Program-made: the position numbers and the translations under genes
Notes under the pieces: model-generated
Databases searched by the model: none
Told to the model about the DNA's origin: nothing
The model's input: the letters and a program-made list of their open reading frames with translations, nothing else
Part shown: one piece after another, positions 37,284-52,077 of the stretch
Numbering within the stretch: position 1 is the stretch's first letter
Layout: each line of letters starts with the position of its first letter
NCBI GenBank assembly: GCA_934756675.1
Contig: CAKVLG010000002.1
Span: 64,339 to 128,338, forward strand
Origin: an uncultured Clostridia bacterium
GTDB lineage: Bacteria > Bacillota > Clostridia > Christensenellales > UBA1242
Length of the DNA stretch: 64,000 nt
Direction: 5' to 3'

Positions 37284-39098
37284 ATGCTAGTAAATAATAA
37301 AAACATAAAATCACAAGACCATATCCGTAACTTTTCGATTATTGCGCACATTGACCACGGAAAAAGTACTCTTGCTGATAGATTAATGGAGATTACGGGA
37401 ACAGTTGCAAAGCGTGATTCAAAGGCTCAATTGCTCGATTCTATGGAACTTGAACGTGAACGCGGAATAACAATTAAGCTTGCACCTGTAACAATGAAAT
37501 ATACTCATAATGGCAAAGAGTATACACTCAATCTTATAGACACGCCGGGGCATGTCGACTTTACTTATGAAGTGAGTAGATCACTAGCCGCGTGCGAAGG
37601 GGCTGTGCTTGTTGTTGATGCAAGCCAAGGCGTTGAAGCACAAACTTTGGCAAATGTATATTTGGCGCTCGAAAATGATTTGTTTATTTTGCCAGTTATA
37701 AATAAAATTGACTTGCCAAGTGCAAGACCAGAATGGGCAAAAGAAGAAATAGAAGACATAATTGGGCTCGACACTAGTTACGCACCACTCGTATCTGCAA
37801 AAGTGGGTACAAATGTAGAACAGATTTTGGATCTTGTCATCGATAAGGTACCAGCACCTCGTGGTGATGAAAACGCGCCGCTTCAAGCACTTATCTTTGA
37901 TAGTTATTATGATAACTACAAGGGTGCGGTTTGTCTTGTCCGCATTGTTCAAGGCAAGGTAAAAGCTGGTTCAAAAATTCATATGATTGCAACTGACAAA
38001 AACGAAGAAGTTGTTGAAGTTGGCGTTTTTACGCCAAATGCTGAGCCACGCGATTGTTTATCTGCTGGTGAAGTTGGTTATATTTCTGCGAGTATAAAAA
38101 CAGTTTCGGATATAAGAGTGGGCGACACAATTATCTCTCAAAACGAAGATACACCAGCTCTTCCAGGCTACAAACAAGTTATGCCAGTTGTGTATAGTGG
38201 TATATTTCCAATAGAAGGTGATAAATATAACGCACTTAAAGATGCGCTCGAAAAACTTAAACTTTCGGACGCTTCACTCGTCTACACACCCGAAACTTCG
38301 TCTGCACTAGGTTACGGCTTTAGATGTGGATTTTTGGGGCTTTTACATATGGAAATTGTCAGTGAAAGGCTAGAGCGTGAGTTTGGTTTGGAACTTATTA
38401 CCACAGCACCAAGTGTATCATATAAGGTATATAAAACAAATGGCGATGTGCTCGATATTTCTAACCCAACACAATTGCCACCAGCTGTCGAAATAGACAG
38501 AATAGAAGAACCTATGATAAAAGCAACAGTTTATACTCCGCCAGAATATATCGGTGCGATTATGGAACTGGCTAAAAATAAACGTGGAATTTCCCGCGAT
38601 ATGCAATACATGGAGCAAACGCGTGTAAAAATGGACTTTGATTTGCCACTTGCAGAAATTGTTTATGACTTTTTCGATAAACTCAAATCTGTTTCGCATG
38701 GGTACGCAAGCTTTGATTACGAAATTTCGGGCTATGCACCAAGTGACATGGTAAAAATGGATATTTTGATTAATGGCGAGCCATGTGATGCACTTTCGAT
38801 TATTGTTCACAGAGAAAAAGCGTATGAGCGTGGTAGGGGCATTGTTGAAAAACTTAAAGAGGTTGTTCCAAGGCAATTGTTTGAAATTCCACTTCAAGCA
38901 TCAATTGGTAGCAAAATTATTGCAAGGGAAACAATACGTGCACTTCGCAAAGATGTTATTGCAAAATGCTATGGTGGCGATATTTCAAGAAAAAGAAAGT
39001 TGCTTGAAAAACAAAAAGAAGGTAAAAAGAAAATGCGTAAACTGGGTAGTGTAGAGTTGCCTAGTGAAGCATTTATGAGTATACTAAAAATTGATTAA
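37284..39098 (+). CDS. lepA: Translation elongation factor 4
   Basis: GGAGA SD precedes ATG 37284. [11 protein letters not shown] and DTPGHVDF GTPase motifs, with the LepA-specific C-terminus. Confidence 0.95.
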   Translation: MLVNNKNIKSQDHIRNFSIIAHIDHGKSTLADRLMEITGTVAKRDSKAQLLDSMELERERGITIKLAPVTMKYTHNGKEYTLNLIDTPGHVDFTYEVSRSLAACEGAVLVVDASQGVEAQTLANVYLALENDLFILPVINKIDLPSARPEWAKEEIEDIIGLDTSYAPLVSAKVGTNVEQILDLVIDKVPAPRGDENAPLQALIFDSYYDNYKGAVCLVRIVQGKVKAGSKIHMIATDKNEEVVEVGVFTPNAEPRDCLSAGEVGYISASIKTVSDIRVGDTIISQNEDTPALPGYKQVMPVVYSGIFPIEGDKYNALKDALEKLKLSDASLVYTPETSSALGYGFRCGFLGLLHMEIVSERLEREFGLELITTAPSVSYKVYKTNGDVLDISNPTQLPPAVEIDRIEEPMIKATVYTPPEYIGAIMELAKNKRGISRDMQYMEQTRVKMDFDLPLAEIVYDFFDKLKSVSHGYASFDYEISGYAPSDMVKMDILINGEPCDALSIIVHREKAYERGRGIVEKLKEVVPRQLFEIPLQASIGSKIIARETIRALRKDVIAKCYGGDISRKRKLLEKQKEGKKKMRKLGSVELPSEAFMSILKID

Positions 39099-39109
39099 AG
39101 GAGAAAATC

Positions 39110-40255
39110 ATGCGTGAAGAACTAAGTTTGTATTTGCACATTCCATATTGTGAAAGTAAATGCAAGTATTGCAGTTTTGTTAGCAAAGTTGGAACCGAAG
39201 CGGAAAAACGTGAATATGTGGCTGCCTTGCTCAAAGAAATTGAAATACAAGGTAAAAGATATAATCCGTTTTTTGTTGTTGTGAGCATTTATATTGGTGG
39301 CGGTACACCATCGTGCTTGGATAACGGTGAGATTTTAAAAATTCTTCAATGTTGCTACAAAAACTTCACGGTTAAAAACGAAGCAGAAATTACAATAGAG
39401 CTTAACCCAAACTCTGTTACGGACGATAAAATACGTGAATATATTTTGGCAGGTGCAAACAGATTTAGTATTGGTTTGCAATGTACAAATGGCAAGATTT
39501 TGCGTAGCATGGGGCGTACACATACTGTTGGCGATTTCGATGCAACGATTGCAAAAATACGTAACCGCGGCGTTACAAACGTGTCTGCCGATGTTATGAT
39601 TGGCTATCCTGGTCAATCGGCAGCCGATGTAAAAGAAACTATAACTCATTTAATTAAACTTAATATTCCACATATTTCATCTTATATGCTTTCGGTTGAA
39701 AACGGTACACCATTAAAGAAAATGGTAGACACAGGAGTTGTTTATTTGCCAACAGAAAAAGAAGTGGTCAACACTTATCTTTCAGTCGTAAATATGTTAA
39801 AGAGCAATGGCTATGAGAGATACGAAATTTCGAACTTTGCAAAACAAGGGTACGAATCACGCCATAACCAAGTGTATTGGTTCGGCAGGGCATACCTTGG
39901 ACTTGGCGTTGCTGCACACTCTTATGTAGACGGAACAAGGTTTTCGAATACAGAAAATATCACTTCATACAAGGAATGTTTGTTTGTTAAAAGTAAAGTT
40001 CCAACAAGTTCTGTGCACGAGCTAACAAAACAAGAAAAGAAAGAAGAATATATTATGCTTTCACTTAGAACAGCTCATGGGCTTGATACAAATGAATATA
40101 AAGAAAAGTTTGGCGAGGATTTCCTTGGAACAAGGGCAGACAAACTAAAGGAATTTATAAAACTTGGGCTAGTTAAACTTTCTAGTAACAATATACTAAG
40201 ATGCACTTCAAACGGCTACTTGGTTTTAAATAAGTTAATCTTAGAACTAGTATAA
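39110..40255 (+). CDS. hemW: Radical SAM heme chaperone HemW (HemN-like)
   Basis: CESKCKYC radical-SAM cluster motif. Conserved lepA-hemW-hrcA gene order. Confidence 0.9.
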   Translation: MREELSLYLHIPYCESKCKYCSFVSKVGTEAEKREYVAALLKEIEIQGKRYNPFFVVVSIYIGGGTPSCLDNGEILKILQCCYKNFTVKNEAEITIELNPNSVTDDKIREYILAGANRFSIGLQCTNGKILRSMGRTHTVGDFDATIAKIRNRGVTNVSADVMIGYPGQSAADVKETITHLIKLNIPHISSYMLSVENGTPLKKMVDTGVVYLPTEKEVVNTYLSVVNMLKSNGYERYEISNFAKQGYESRHNQVYWFGRAYLGLGVAAHSYVDGTRFSNTENITSYKECLFVKSKVPTSSVHELTKQEKKEEYIMLSLRTAHGLDTNEYKEKFGEDFLGTRADKLKEFIKLGLVKLSSNNILRCTSNGYLVLNKLILELV

Positions 40256-40267
40256 AAAATATAAATA

Positions 40268-40296
40268 AAAAGCATGCTTTTAGTATGCTTTTTATT
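40268..40296 (+). terminator. Intrinsic terminator after hemW
   Basis: AAAGCAT...ATGCTTT hairpin followed by TTTATTT. Confidence 0.65.
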
Positions 40297-40352
40297 TATG
40301 CAAAAAATATTTTAAAAAAATAAAAAAATTTTAAAAAATTGGCACTAAACTG

Positions 40353-40381
40353 TTGACATTGCTAATTAGCAGTACTATAAT
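40353..40381 (+). promoter_or_regulatory. SigA promoter of the hrcA-grpE-dnaK-dnaJ operon
   Basis: TTGACA, 17-nt spacer, TATAAT. Confidence 0.75.
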
Positions 40382-40389
40382 GTGAGCTG

Positions 40390-40416
40390 TTAGCAGTTGA
40401 AGAGAAAGATTGCTAA
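40390..40416 (+). promoter_or_regulatory. CIRCE operator (HrcA binding site), slightly degenerate
   Basis: TTAGCAGTT-N9-GATTGCTAA against the consensus TTAGCACTC-N9-GAGTGCTAA: 15 of 18 matches. It lies just downstream of the -10 element. Confidence 0.7.
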
Positions 40417-40476
40417 CAATATGGTATAAAAATAAAAGTCGAAGTATATAATAAAACAAAAGAAAGGTAAACAAGA

Positions 40477-41517
40477 ATGGGGCTTAGTGAGAGAAAAAAG
40501 AAAATCTTAAAAGCAGTGGTAGAAGAAAATATCAAAGCTAACGAGCCAGTTTCGAGTCAAAAAATTGTTGATGATTATTTGCAAGACGTTAGTTCAGCTA
40601 CAATACGTAACGAACTTATGGCTCTTGAAGAGATGGGGCTTTTATACCACCCACATACTTCAAGTGGTAGGCTTCCAACTCCAGAAGGGTTAAGACATTA
40701 TGTAGAAGAACTTATGCCTACAAAAAAGTTATCACAAAAAGAACTTTTTCAAATAAAGTCATCGTTTGACAAAAGACTTAGCAACCTAGAAGATGTTATT
40801 AAATCTACTGCAAAAACAATCTCTGATGCGACCAACTATGCTTCGGTAGTATATACAGGTCTATCGGACGAAGCGGTAGTCGACAACATTCAATTGTTTA
40901 AGGTCAATGATAACTTGGCACTAATAATTGTTGTAACAGATGTTGGCGTGCTTAAAAATTTAACAATGAGATGTAATCTTCCAGAAAAAGAATTGAGGCA
41001 TGCGGGCGAAGTTATGACTAAAATATTTAGTGGGAGAACGCTTGGCGAGATAGAAGAAAATGACTTTAAAATTTCTGTAGCCATTGATTCGTACAAAGAA
41101 GTATTTAATGAAGTAATTAAAATAGTTCTTGAACGTGACAATGATTTTAGAGAAAATTTTGAAGTTGCTGGTAAAGAAAATTTACTCAACTATCCAGAGT
41201 ACCAAGACATAAACAAGTTTAAAAACGCCTTAACGGTTATGAATAGACAAGATATTTTGCAACCACTTTTGGAGTCTGATGGAAATGTTGAAGTTTCAAT
41301 TAGAATCGGTGGCGATAAAGATTCTGGTTTAAAAGATTGTTCACTTGTATCTGCTGTTTATAAGATTAATGGTAAGCAGGTAGGTAGTGCTGGTGTAATT
41401 GGACCTGTTCGAATGGACTATGCAAAAGCTGTTTCGGTTTTGAAAAGTGTAGCAAAATCACTCGAAGAAAACCTAAACGATTTTGTTAAGGGAGATGAAA
41501 ATGGACAAAAAGAATAA
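40477..41517 (+). CDS. hrcA: Heat-inducible transcription repressor HrcA
   Basis: 346 aa, first gene of the dnaK operon. N-terminal winged-helix pattern (ERKKKILKAVVEE...SSATIRNEL). Confidence 0.9.
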   Translation: MGLSERKKKILKAVVEENIKANEPVSSQKIVDDYLQDVSSATIRNELMALEEMGLLYHPHTSSGRLPTPEGLRHYVEELMPTKKLSQKELFQIKSSFDKRLSNLEDVIKSTAKTISDATNYASVVYTGLSDEAVVDNIQLFKVNDNLALIIVVTDVGVLKNLTMRCNLPEKELRHAGEVMTKIFSGRTLGEIEENDFKISVAIDSYKEVFNEVIKIVLERDNDFRENFEVAGKENLLNYPEYQDINKFKNALTVMNRQDILQPLLESDGNVEVSIRIGGDKDSGLKDCSLVSAVYKINGKQVGSAGVIGPVRMDYAKAVSVLKSVAKSLEENLNDFVKGDENGQKE

Positions 41518-42127
41518 AGACGAAAAAAACGCAAAAATCGATGAAAAAGAGTTAAAAGATGATAATAAATCGCAAAAAAGCGAAGAAAAACCAGAAATTA
41601 ACGAAAAAGTAAAAGATTTTGCGATATATGAAAAAGCCTTAAAAATGATGGAAGAAGAGCTTGCAAAAGTATCAAACGAATTGGAAATTGCTAAACGCGA
41701 AGCGGCAGATAGCGAGAACTTAGCTAAGGTTTATAAAAAAGATTTAGAAAGGTTCAAGGAACGTAACAAAACCGCAGAAAAAGAAATGAAAGACAAAGCT
41801 GCAATAGCAACAGCTGAAAAACTTATTCCTATTCTAGATAACTTTTCGAGAGCGCTTTCGACCGTGACTGATCCAGATATTTTAACTGGATTCAAGATGA
41901 TCGAAAACAATTTAAAACTTGTACTTTTTAACATGGGCATCGAAGAAATTCCTGCCGTTGGCGTTAAGTTTAATCCAGAGCTTCACAATGCGGTTGCAAA
42001 ACGCAAAACCGATGATGATAGTTTGGATGGAATTATCGTAACGGAAATGTTAAAAGGTTATAAGCTTGTCGGTGACGACGGTAAAGTAGTAAGACATTCA
42101 ATGGTTGAAGTTTATATAAAAGAATAA
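41501..42127 (+). CDS. grpE: Nucleotide exchange factor GrpE
   Basis: AAGGGAG SD precedes ATG 41501. Charged N-terminus and a GrpE-type C-terminal domain. Assignment supported by operon position. Confidence 0.9.
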   Translation: MDKKNKDEKNAKIDEKELKDDNKSQKSEEKPEINEKVKDFAIYEKALKMMEEELAKVSNELEIAKREAADSENLAKVYKKDLERFKERNKTAEKEMKDKAAIATAEKLIPILDNFSRALSTVTDPDILTGFKMIENNLKLVLFNMGIEEIPAVGVKFNPELHNAVAKRKTDDDSLDGIIVTEMLKGYKLVGDDGKVVRHSMVEVYIKE

Positions 42128-42142
42128 AAAGGAGAAATTTTT

Positions 42143-43990
42143 ATGGGAAAAATTATAGGTATTGATTTAGGTACAACAAACTCATGCGTAGCTATTATGG
42201 AAGGTGGTGAACCAACTGTAATTCCAAATGCAGAAGGTTCTAGAACAACTCCTTCGGTTGTTGGTTTTACAAAAGAAGGGGAAAGATTGGTTGGTCAAGT
42301 TGCAAAACGTCAAGCAGTTGCCAACCCAGAAAACACAATCTCTTCAATTAAAAGAGATATGGGGTCAGATAAAAAAGTAAAGGCTGGTGGCAAGGAATAT
42401 ACTCCACAAGAGATTTCTGCCATGATCCTTTCTAAACTTAAGGCTGATGCTGAAAGTTATCTTGGCGAAAAAGTTACAGAAGCAGTTATCACTGTTCCAG
42501 CATACTTTACAGATAGCCAACGTCAAGCAACAAAAGATGCTGGTAAAATTGCTGGTCTTGATGTAAAAAGAATTATCAATGAACCAACAGCAGCAGCTCT
42601 TGCTTATGGTCTTGATAAATCAGATAAAAATGCCGCTGGTCAAAAAATTCTTGTTTACGACCTTGGTGGTGGTACATTTGATATTTCAGTTCTTGAAATT
42701 GAAGACGGTGTGTTCCAAGTATTAGCCACAGCTGGTAACAACAGACTTGGTGGTGATGACTTCGACCAACGCATCATGAATTATTTGATTGAAGAATTTA
42801 AAAAGTCTAACGGTATTGACTTGTCTGGCGACAGAATGGCAATGCAAAGATTGAAAGAGGCTGCCGAAAAAACAAAAATTGAACTTTCTGGCATGACTCA
42901 AAGTACTGTAAGCTTACCATTTATCACAGCTGATAGTACTGGACCAAAACATTTGGAAATATCTATCACACGTGCTAAGTTCGAAAGCATGATTCAAGAC
43001 CTTGTTGCAGAAACAATTACATTAACTAAAAAAGCATTAGCTGATGCAAAACTTTCTAAAGATGATGTTGCAAAAATCATAATGGTCGGTGGTTCTACAC
43101 GTGTACCAATGGTTGTTGAAGAAGTTAAAAAGTTTATTGGTAAAGAACCATTTAAGGGTATTAACCCAGATGAATGCGTAGCCGTAGGTGCTGCAATTCA
43201 AGGTGGTGTACTTGCTGGTGAAGTTAAAGATGTATTGCTTCTTGATGTAACTCCACTTTCACTTGGTATTGAAACAATGGGTGGTGTATTCACAAAACTT
43301 ATCGAAAGAAACACAACAATTCCAACTAAAAAATCAAAGATATTCTCGACAGCATCAGATAATCAACCAGGCGTAGATATCCATGTTCTTCAAGGTGAAC
43401 GTGAACTTGCTGCATATAACAAGACAATTGGTAGATTTGAACTTACTGGTATTCCACCAGCTCCAAGAGGTGTTCCACAAATCGAAGTTACATTTGATAT
43501 TGATGCCAACGGTATTGTTCATGTTTCTGCAAAAGACCTTGGAACAGGCAAATCACAAGATATAACAATCACAGCTTCAAGCAACTTGTCTGATGAAGAA
43601 ATTGATAAAGCTGTTAAAGAAGCTGAAAAATACGCTGAAGAAGATAAAAAACGTAAGGAAGTTGTAGATACCAAAAACTCACTTGATCAAATGATTGCTG
43701 GTATTGAAAAAGCTATAAAAGATAATGGCGATAAGATTAGCGAAGAAGACAAAGCTAAATTAAATGCTGAAGTTGAATCTGCTAAAGAAGTTTACAAAAA
43801 CAGTGATGATGTTACGAAATTAAAAGAAGCACTCGATAACTTAACAAAAGTATCAAGCGAAATCTTTAGCAAGCTTTATGCAAATGCTAATCCAAATGGC
43901 GGCAACGCTGGTGCTGACGGTAACGGCGGCGCAAATAACGGCAATGGCGGTACAGACCCAAATAATTTTGGTGACTATACAACAAAGTAA
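42143..43990 (+). CDS. dnaK: Molecular chaperone DnaK (Hsp70)
   Basis: [13 protein letters not shown] and DLGGGTFD motifs. 615 aa. Confidence 0.98.
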   Translation: MGKIIGIDLGTTNSCVAIMEGGEPTVIPNAEGSRTTPSVVGFTKEGERLVGQVAKRQAVANPENTISSIKRDMGSDKKVKAGGKEYTPQEISAMILSKLKADAESYLGEKVTEAVITVPAYFTDSQRQATKDAGKIAGLDVKRIINEPTAAALAYGLDKSDKNAAGQKILVYDLGGGTFDISVLEIEDGVFQVLATAGNNRLGGDDFDQRIMNYLIEEFKKSNGIDLSGDRMAMQRLKEAAEKTKIELSGMTQSTVSLPFITADSTGPKHLEISITRAKFESMIQDLVAETITLTKKALADAKLSKDDVAKIIMVGGSTRVPMVVEEVKKFIGKEPFKGINPDECVAVGAAIQGGVLAGEVKDVLLLDVTPLSLGIETMGGVFTKLIERNTTIPTKKSKIFSTASDNQPGVDIHVLQGERELAAYNKTIGRFELTGIPPAPRGVPQIEVTFDIDANGIVHVSAKDLGTGKSQDITITASSNLSDEEIDKAVKEAEKYAEEDKKRKEVVDTKNSLDQMIAGIEKAIKDNGDKISEEDKAKLNAEVESAKEVYKNSDDVTKLKEALDNLTKVSSEIFSKLYANANPNGGNAGADGNGGANNGNGGTDPNNFGDYTTK

Positions 43991-43996
43991 TAAGAT

Positions 43997-45121
43997 ATGG
44001 CAAAGAACTATTATGACATTCTTGGGGTTAGCAAGACCGCAAGCGATGAAGAAATAAAAAAAGCATATAGATCACTCGCGAAGAAATATCACCCGGACCT
44101 AAACCCGGGTGATTCTTCCGCTGCTGAAAAATTAAAAGAAGTTAACGAAGCATACGAAGTTTTGTCTGATAAACAAAAACGTAGTAACTACGATAATTAC
44201 GGCGACCCCGAAGGTCAAAGTTTTTCTGGCTTTGGCGGCGGGCAAGGTGGCGGATTCTCTGGATTTGGTGGCTTCGAAGATATTATCAATAATATGTTCG
44301 GCGGCTTTGGTGGCGGTAGGTCTCGTCAAGCATCAAGTGCAATAGATGGTGCTGATATTCAAGTAAAAATGGATTTAACATTTGTTGAAGCGGCATTTGG
44401 TGTTAAGAAGAATATCAATTTAAACAGGACTGAAACATGTGAGCATTGCCATGGTACAGGTGCAAAAAATGGTACAGAATACATGACTTGCCCAAGATGT
44501 AACGGTCAGGGTCGCGTACAGACGGCACAAAACACAATGTTTGGTCGCATTATGACAGAAGGCGTTTGTCCAGACTGTCACGGTACAGGCAAAAAGATTA
44601 AAGAAAAATGCGAAGATTGTAATGGTGCTGGCGTTGTTAGAAAGAATAGAAATATTGAAATCAACATTCCAGCTGGTATTGATGATGGTCAAGTTATAAC
44701 ACTTCGCGGTCAGGGTGAAGCTGGTAGAAATGGTGGCATGAATGGTGACATGCAAATTGTTATCAAGGTTGCTCCACACAAAACATTGACGCGTAAAGGC
44801 TTTGATGTGTATTGTGATGTGCCAATCACATTCACCGAAAGCTTGCTTGGTACGACTGTTAAAATTGCCGGCATTAACGAAATGCTAGACTTAACAGTTC
44901 CAGAATTAACGCAGCCAGGCACTGTTATTATGCTTAAAGGTAAGGGTACAAAGGTTTTGAATAGAAATTCTTACGGCGACCTTTATGCAAAAATTGTTGT
45001 AGAAATGCCAAAGAGTTTGGACAAAAAACAACGTGAACAAATTGCTATTCTTGATGCTTCGTTTTCGAAAAATCAATATGCAAAAAAGAAACAATTTAAC
45101 GAAAAAATAGGTAACAAATGA
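43997..45121 (+). CDS. dnaJ: Molecular chaperone DnaJ
   Basis: J-domain with HPD (KYHPDLNP), a G/F-rich region and four CxxCxGxG zinc-finger repeats. Confidence 0.97.
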   Translation: MAKNYYDILGVSKTASDEEIKKAYRSLAKKYHPDLNPGDSSAAEKLKEVNEAYEVLSDKQKRSNYDNYGDPEGQSFSGFGGGQGGGFSGFGGFEDIINNMFGGFGGGRSRQASSAIDGADIQVKMDLTFVEAAFGVKKNINLNRTETCEHCHGTGAKNGTEYMTCPRCNGQGRVQTAQNTMFGRIMTEGVCPDCHGTGKKIKEKCEDCNGAGVVRKNRNIEINIPAGIDDGQVITLRGQGEAGRNGGMNGDMQIVIKVAPHKTLTRKGFDVYCDVPITFTESLLGTTVKIAGINEMLDLTVPELTQPGTVIMLKGKGTKVLNRNSYGDLYAKIVVEMPKSLDKKQREQIAILDASFSKNQYAKKKQFNEKIGNK

Positions 45122-46377
45122 GAACAGTATCTATAATAACTCTCGGTTGCAAAGTTAACCAATACGAAAGTTTGGGACTGGCAAGCGAGCTTGAAAAGAA
45201 AGGTTACACAGTAAACATCGGTCTAATTCCAGCCGATGTTTTTGTGCTTAATACGTGCGCGGTAACAAACGAGTCCGAAAGAAAATCTCGCGGTCTTATA
45301 ACAAAAGTTCTAAAACTCAATCCAAATGCAAAAGTCTATGTTTGCGGTTGTTCTTCGCAAAACAATCCACAAAAATTTGCCGAAAGGGAAGGTGTTGTTT
45401 CTGTTATTGGAACGGCAAACAAAATGCGTCTTGTTGAGATGATTGAAAAAGACATGCGAATTATCGACAACAAAATGATTGATAATTATGATGAAGTTTA
45501 TCACCCAATTCGCAATCGTACGCGTAGCTACATAAAAATACAAGATGGTTGCAATAACTTTTGTTCGTACTGTCTTATTCCATATGTTCGTGGAAGGGAA
45601 AGAAGTAGAAAGTTAGAAGATATTAAAGCAGAAATTGATGAGCTTGAAAAGGTGACAAAAGAAGTTGTTTTAACAGGTATCAACATGACCAACTATGGCT
45701 CAGATTGGAACTATGAAAAGACACTTGAAGATGTTGTAAAATTGTTTGCGGGCAAGTCTGTAAGATTTAGAATTAGCAGCCTAGAAGCAAAAATTATTTC
45801 AGATGAATTTTTAAAAACACTAAAAAGTTTACCTAATTTTTGCCCACACTTTCACTTATCTATGCAAAGTGGTAGCAATGCTGTTTTGCGTGACATGAAT
45901 AGGCACTATACCAAAGAAGAATTTTTGGAAAAGGTGCAACTAATTCGCAAATATTTTCCGCATGCTGGCATAACAACAGATGTAATTGTTGGCTTCCCAA
46001 CAGAAACAGAAGAGTGTTTTGAAGAAACCATGCAAACGGTTGAAAAGGCACACTTTACAGAGATGCACATTTTCCCATATTCGCCGCGTAATGGAACAGT
46101 AGCACTAAGGCTAAAATGTGTTGCAAAAAATGTTCCAGAAAGGGTTAAAAAAATAACCGATCTTGCAACCAAAATGCACACTGAATTTATCGAAAGTGAA
46201 AAGGGGCAAGAGCTTAGTGTTTTGGTAGAAGAAATCATAGATGATTATGCAGTTGGGCACAGCAAAAACTACATAAAATGCTATATAGAAGATGGAAAAA
46301 ACATTGCACCAGATAGTGTTGTGAAAGTTAAAATTGACGAACCTTATATAGACGGTGCAAAGGTAAAATTATGCTAG
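45118..46377 (+). CDS. mtaB: tRNA methylthiotransferase, MtaB-like (MiaB family radical SAM)
   Basis: CNNFCSYC radical SAM motif, N-terminal UPF0004 cysteines and a C-terminal TRAM-like end. ATGA overlap with dnaJ. Confidence 0.85.
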   Translation: MRTVSIITLGCKVNQYESLGLASELEKKGYTVNIGLIPADVFVLNTCAVTNESERKSRGLITKVLKLNPNAKVYVCGCSSQNNPQKFAEREGVVSVIGTANKMRLVEMIEKDMRIIDNKMIDNYDEVYHPIRNRTRSYIKIQDGCNNFCSYCLIPYVRGRERSRKLEDIKAEIDELEKVTKEVVLTGINMTNYGSDWNYEKTLEDVVKLFAGKSVRFRISSLEAKIISDEFLKTLKSLPNFCPHFHLSMQSGSNAVLRDMNRHYTKEEFLEKVQLIRKYFPHAGITTDVIVGFPTETEECFEETMQTVEKAHFTEMHIFPYSPRNGTVALRLKCVAKNVPERVKKITDLATKMHTEFIESEKGQELSVLVEEIIDDYAVGHSKNYIKCYIEDGKNIAPDSVVKVKIDEPYIDGAKVKLC

Positions 46378-46465
46378 TTATTAACATTTATTTGCACTTT
46401 TTAACGAAAATTTGTTAATAACTGCTAGTTTTTTAACATTTTTGATATAATTTTTGCAAAATATA

Positions 46466-46500
46466 AAAAGATGAATTAATAGCAATAATTCATCTTTTTT
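46466..46500 (+). terminator. Intrinsic terminator downstream of mtaB
   Basis: GATGAATTA-ATAGCAA-TAATTCATC followed by T6. Confidence 0.7.
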
Positions 46501-46742
46501 ATTGCGAAATTTGCATTTTTATTAAAATTTAATCTTGAATAGCGTTTGCGGTTTTTTGTTTTTTTAACTAGTTTTTTATTGCAAGTTTTGCTATTAATTT
46601 TTTGGTAAAATGGCATACAAAAATAAAAAATATTTAAGTAAAAAAACAAAAAAATAAAGAGATAATTTTAACCAAAATTTTTGGGAAAAGTGGGGTAAAG
46701 AAAACACGTAAAAATAGCACCTAAATTTTATTTTTTAAACAA

Positions 46743-46772
46743 TAAAAAATCCAGAAATTAATCTGGATTTTT
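46743..46772 (-). terminator. Intrinsic terminator of rpsU (bidirectional form)
   Basis: ATCCAGA-AATTAA-TCTGGAT flanked by A and T runs. Confidence 0.75.
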
Positions 46773-46781
46773 TGTTTTTTA

Positions 46782-46961
46782 TTAACCTTTTCTCGAACGT
46801 TTTTGTGCTGCTTCGCTCTTAAGTTTTTTTCTTACGCTAGGCTTAACATAACATTCCTTTTTGCGAAGGTCTGCTGTGATACCGTCTTTTTGGCATTTTC
46901 TTTTGAAACGTTTGATAGCACTTTCTAAGCTTTCTGTTTCGCCAACTTTAACTGTACTCAT
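46782..46961 (-). CDS. rpsU: 30S ribosomal protein S21
   Basis: 59 aa, so below the track cut-off. Sequence: [69 protein letters not shown]. Promoter TTGACA-17-TATAAT on the minus strand (47020-47025 and 46997-47002). Confidence 0.95.
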   Translation of the reverse strand: MSTVKVGETESLESAIKRFKRKCQKDGITADLRKKECYVKPSVRKKLKSEAAQKRSRKG

Positions 46962-47138
46962 TCTGTTTTCACCTCCCGTAAATTCATTACAAAATCATTA
47001 TAATCGCTAGGTATAAATTTGTCAATGTTTTTACGCGTTTTTATTTTGTGTCGATTTTTGACTTATTTTGCATATATTATTTTTTCGTATTTTGTTGTGA
47101 TATTATTAGTGCGTTAGTTTATTTGTGAGGAGAAAAAA

Positions 47139-47480
47139 ATGACAACACTAAAATCTCTCGCACAAAAGGCAAAACATAGATTGAAGTCCGTAGGATTAAA
47201 TGCACCAGATGCAACAAGTACACTTTCTCCAGATGAAATTATAAAAAGATGTGCACTAAGTTATTTAACTCTTGGAAACAAGGAAGAAGATGACAATCTT
47301 TATCCAAAAGTCAAAAGACTGCTCGATAAAAATCCAGATTTATCAAATCCGCTTGGTGAACTAATTGATTATAATTTTTTTAATAAACTAAACCAAACAG
47401 AAAAAGAAAAATATATTTTGTCTTTATCTGCAAGGTACCGAAAACTTAGAAAAAAATATTTTGAAGATAAAAACCTTTGA
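47139..47480 (+). CDS. Hypothetical protein
   Basis: 113 aa with a GAGGAG SD. Function unknown. Confidence 0.55.
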   Translation: MTTLKSLAQKAKHRLKSVGLNAPDATSTLSPDEIIKRCALSYLTLGNKEEDDNLYPKVKRLLDKNPDLSNPLGELIDYNFFNKLNQTEKEKYILSLSARYRKLRKKYFEDKNL

Positions 47481-47525
47481 TAATGCACTAGCGGGTATGT
47501 TATAATTGACTCATAAGGAAAGATT

Positions 47526-51739
<4,214 letters not shown>

Positions 51740-51823
51740 AAAAATTTTAAAAATAGTTGTAAATAGTATGCTTATTTGTGTTATACTAAATATATAAAAG
51801 TTAAGGATAAGGAGAAATTTTTT

Positions 51824-52036
51824 ATGGCAATGATTGATCCACCAATTGAAATATTATTCAAAGAAGCTACAAGCAAATATGCACTTGCTTCGGTTATAAG
51901 CAAAAGAGCAAAAGCTTTGTTAGTTGAGCGTCCAGAGTTCTTCCGCGACAACCAAAAAATAAAACCTATCGAATATGCCAGCGATGAGTTTTATAGAGGC
52001 GAATTCACCGTGGACTTTAACAAAGAAGAAAAATAA
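51824..52036 (+). CDS. rpoZ: DNA-directed RNA polymerase omega subunit
   Basis: AAGGAG SD precedes ATG 51824. The segment SKYALASVISKRAKAL is typical of RpoZ. Lies upstream of priA as in Bacillus. Confidence 0.75.
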   Translation: MAMIDPPIEILFKEATSKYALASVISKRAKALLVERPEFFRDNQKIKPIEYASDEFYRGEFTVDFNKEEK

Positions 52037-52045
52037 AGGAGTTAC

Positions 52046-52070
52046 GCCAGCAAAATTTGCTGGCTTTTTT
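52046..52070 (+). terminator. Intrinsic terminator after rpoZ
   Basis: GCCAGCA-AAATT-TGCTGGC followed by T6. Confidence 0.8.
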
Positions 52071-52077
52071 GTTTTTA

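Noticed and set aside
40366-40392. A second upstream CIRCE-like element, TTAGCAGTA-N9-GAGCTGTTA, overlapping the hrcA promoter.
   Set aside because: The right half matches the consensus at only 5 of 9 positions and the two halves are poorly self-complementary. The downstream element (40390-40416) is the credible operator.
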